Source of the DNA: an uncultured bacterium
GTDB taxonomy: Bacteria > Hydrothermota > Tepidihabitantia > CAYHGV01
NCBI GenBank assembly: GCA_964356135.1
Contig: CAYHGV010000002.1
Location: 1 to 51,313, forward strand
Length of the DNA stretch: 51,313 nt
Reading direction: 5' to 3'
Shown here: positions 50,859 to 51,313 of the stretch, piece by piece
Numbering within the stretch: position 1 is the stretch's first letter
Layout: each line of letters opens with the position of its first letter
Program-made: the position numbers and the translations under genes
Notes under the pieces: model-generated
Databases searched by the model: none
What the model was told of the DNA's origin: nothing
What the model saw: the letters and a program-made list of their open reading frames with translations, nothing else

Positions 50859-51182
50859 TATCGGCAAAAATCAGGATGGGTTTAAGAGAGCAGCAAGGGG
50901 GTCTGCGTCTTAGCCAAACCTGATTGTAACTGTAGAAAGTTGGCCAGTTCCTCAGCCGAAAAGTAGAGCCCCCGGTTTACCCTTCCTAAAAAAGCTATAT
51001 TTCCGCTAAGCATAGATAATTATCATTTTTGTTAATTATCTGTCCTTAGTGACCTGCGTCAACTATAAAGGTCGTGCCCCGGGAAAATCTGGTGGAAGGA
51101 ATGATACCGTTGTTATAATCGTTGGCTGGAGCAAATATCGAAAAAAATCGGGACACAGAGCTTGTCCCAAAAGTCCTTATAG

Positions 51183-51284
51183 TCATTGCGAGCGACCGTA
51201 GGGAACGTGGCAATCTCAGTATTTACAACATGTTTTATGAGATTGCTTCGTCGCTTTGCTCCTCCATTAGACTTAATAATGGAG
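51183..51284. repeat. Inverted 'cattgcgag...gcaatctc' palindromic element plus second hairpin
   Basis: tcattgcgagcgaccgtagggaacgtgGCAATCTC (to 51217), a 21-nt loop, then GAGATTGCttcgtcgctttgctcctc (from 51239). A second hairpin is CTCCATTA (51262-51269) / TAATGGAG (51277-51284). Confidence 0.7.
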
Positions 51285-51313
51285 ATAAGTTATAATGGAA
51301 CACTTGGGAAAAA

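Noticed and set aside
50859-51000. Possible small RNA or tRNA-like element after the HEPN gene (AATCAGG...CCTGATT and GGGGG...CCCCC pairings).
   Set aside because: Only short, imperfect stems are present, with no T-loop/GTTCRA motif and no recognisable family signature. I cannot support a call from sequence alone.

Overview
This 51,313-nt window reads like a chromosomal segment of an uncultivated diderm bacterium, since it carries TolC/RND efflux, beta-barrel OMPs, tatC and tmRNA. The centre (about 5.3-45.8 kb) is mostly core genes. These are a SWIM-finger protein, an AIM24-family protein, a TetR-controlled TolC/MFP/RND operon, two OMP-like genes and an ECF sigma/anti-sigma/Spy-like module. 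They continue with an IPMDH/ICDH-family dehydrogenase, recJ, a PcrB/GGGPS-family synthase, ffh, rpe, two kinase-less PASTA proteins and a GH26-like lipoprotein. Further on are an MFS transporter, tatC, a UbiA-family prenyltransferase, an SDR, a DUF2330+OMP pair, nadA, DUF488 and ssrA (tmRNA). The core ends with hpf-hprK-EIIA(Man), DUF3311 plus a sodium:solute symporter, two reciprocally chimeric acyl-CoA-ligase/LplA-like ORFs, leuC/leuD, a GxxExxY nuclease-fold gene and an HD hydrolase. Both window ends are visibly AT-richer, defence-type accessory islands. The left end holds a partial hsdM, a DUF262/DUF1524 (GmrSD-like) gene and a convergent Mrr-nuclease + TPR gene pair. The right end holds a Fic protein and a three-gene operon: a RadC N-terminal HhH stub, a Zn-ribbon DNA methyltransferase with a nuclease-like C-domain, and a HEPN protein. 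Most long intergenic spacers are filled by a degenerate, strand-asymmetric family of short-period repeats with cores TTCGTG, TCTGTG, TCCGCG and TCTGCG at 7-12 nt period. Several of these arrays sit directly next to near-consensus TTGACA-type promoters. I recognised no rRNA, tRNA, CRISPR array, transposase or integrase. All calls come from motif reading of the supplied translations and the raw sequence; no database search was possible.
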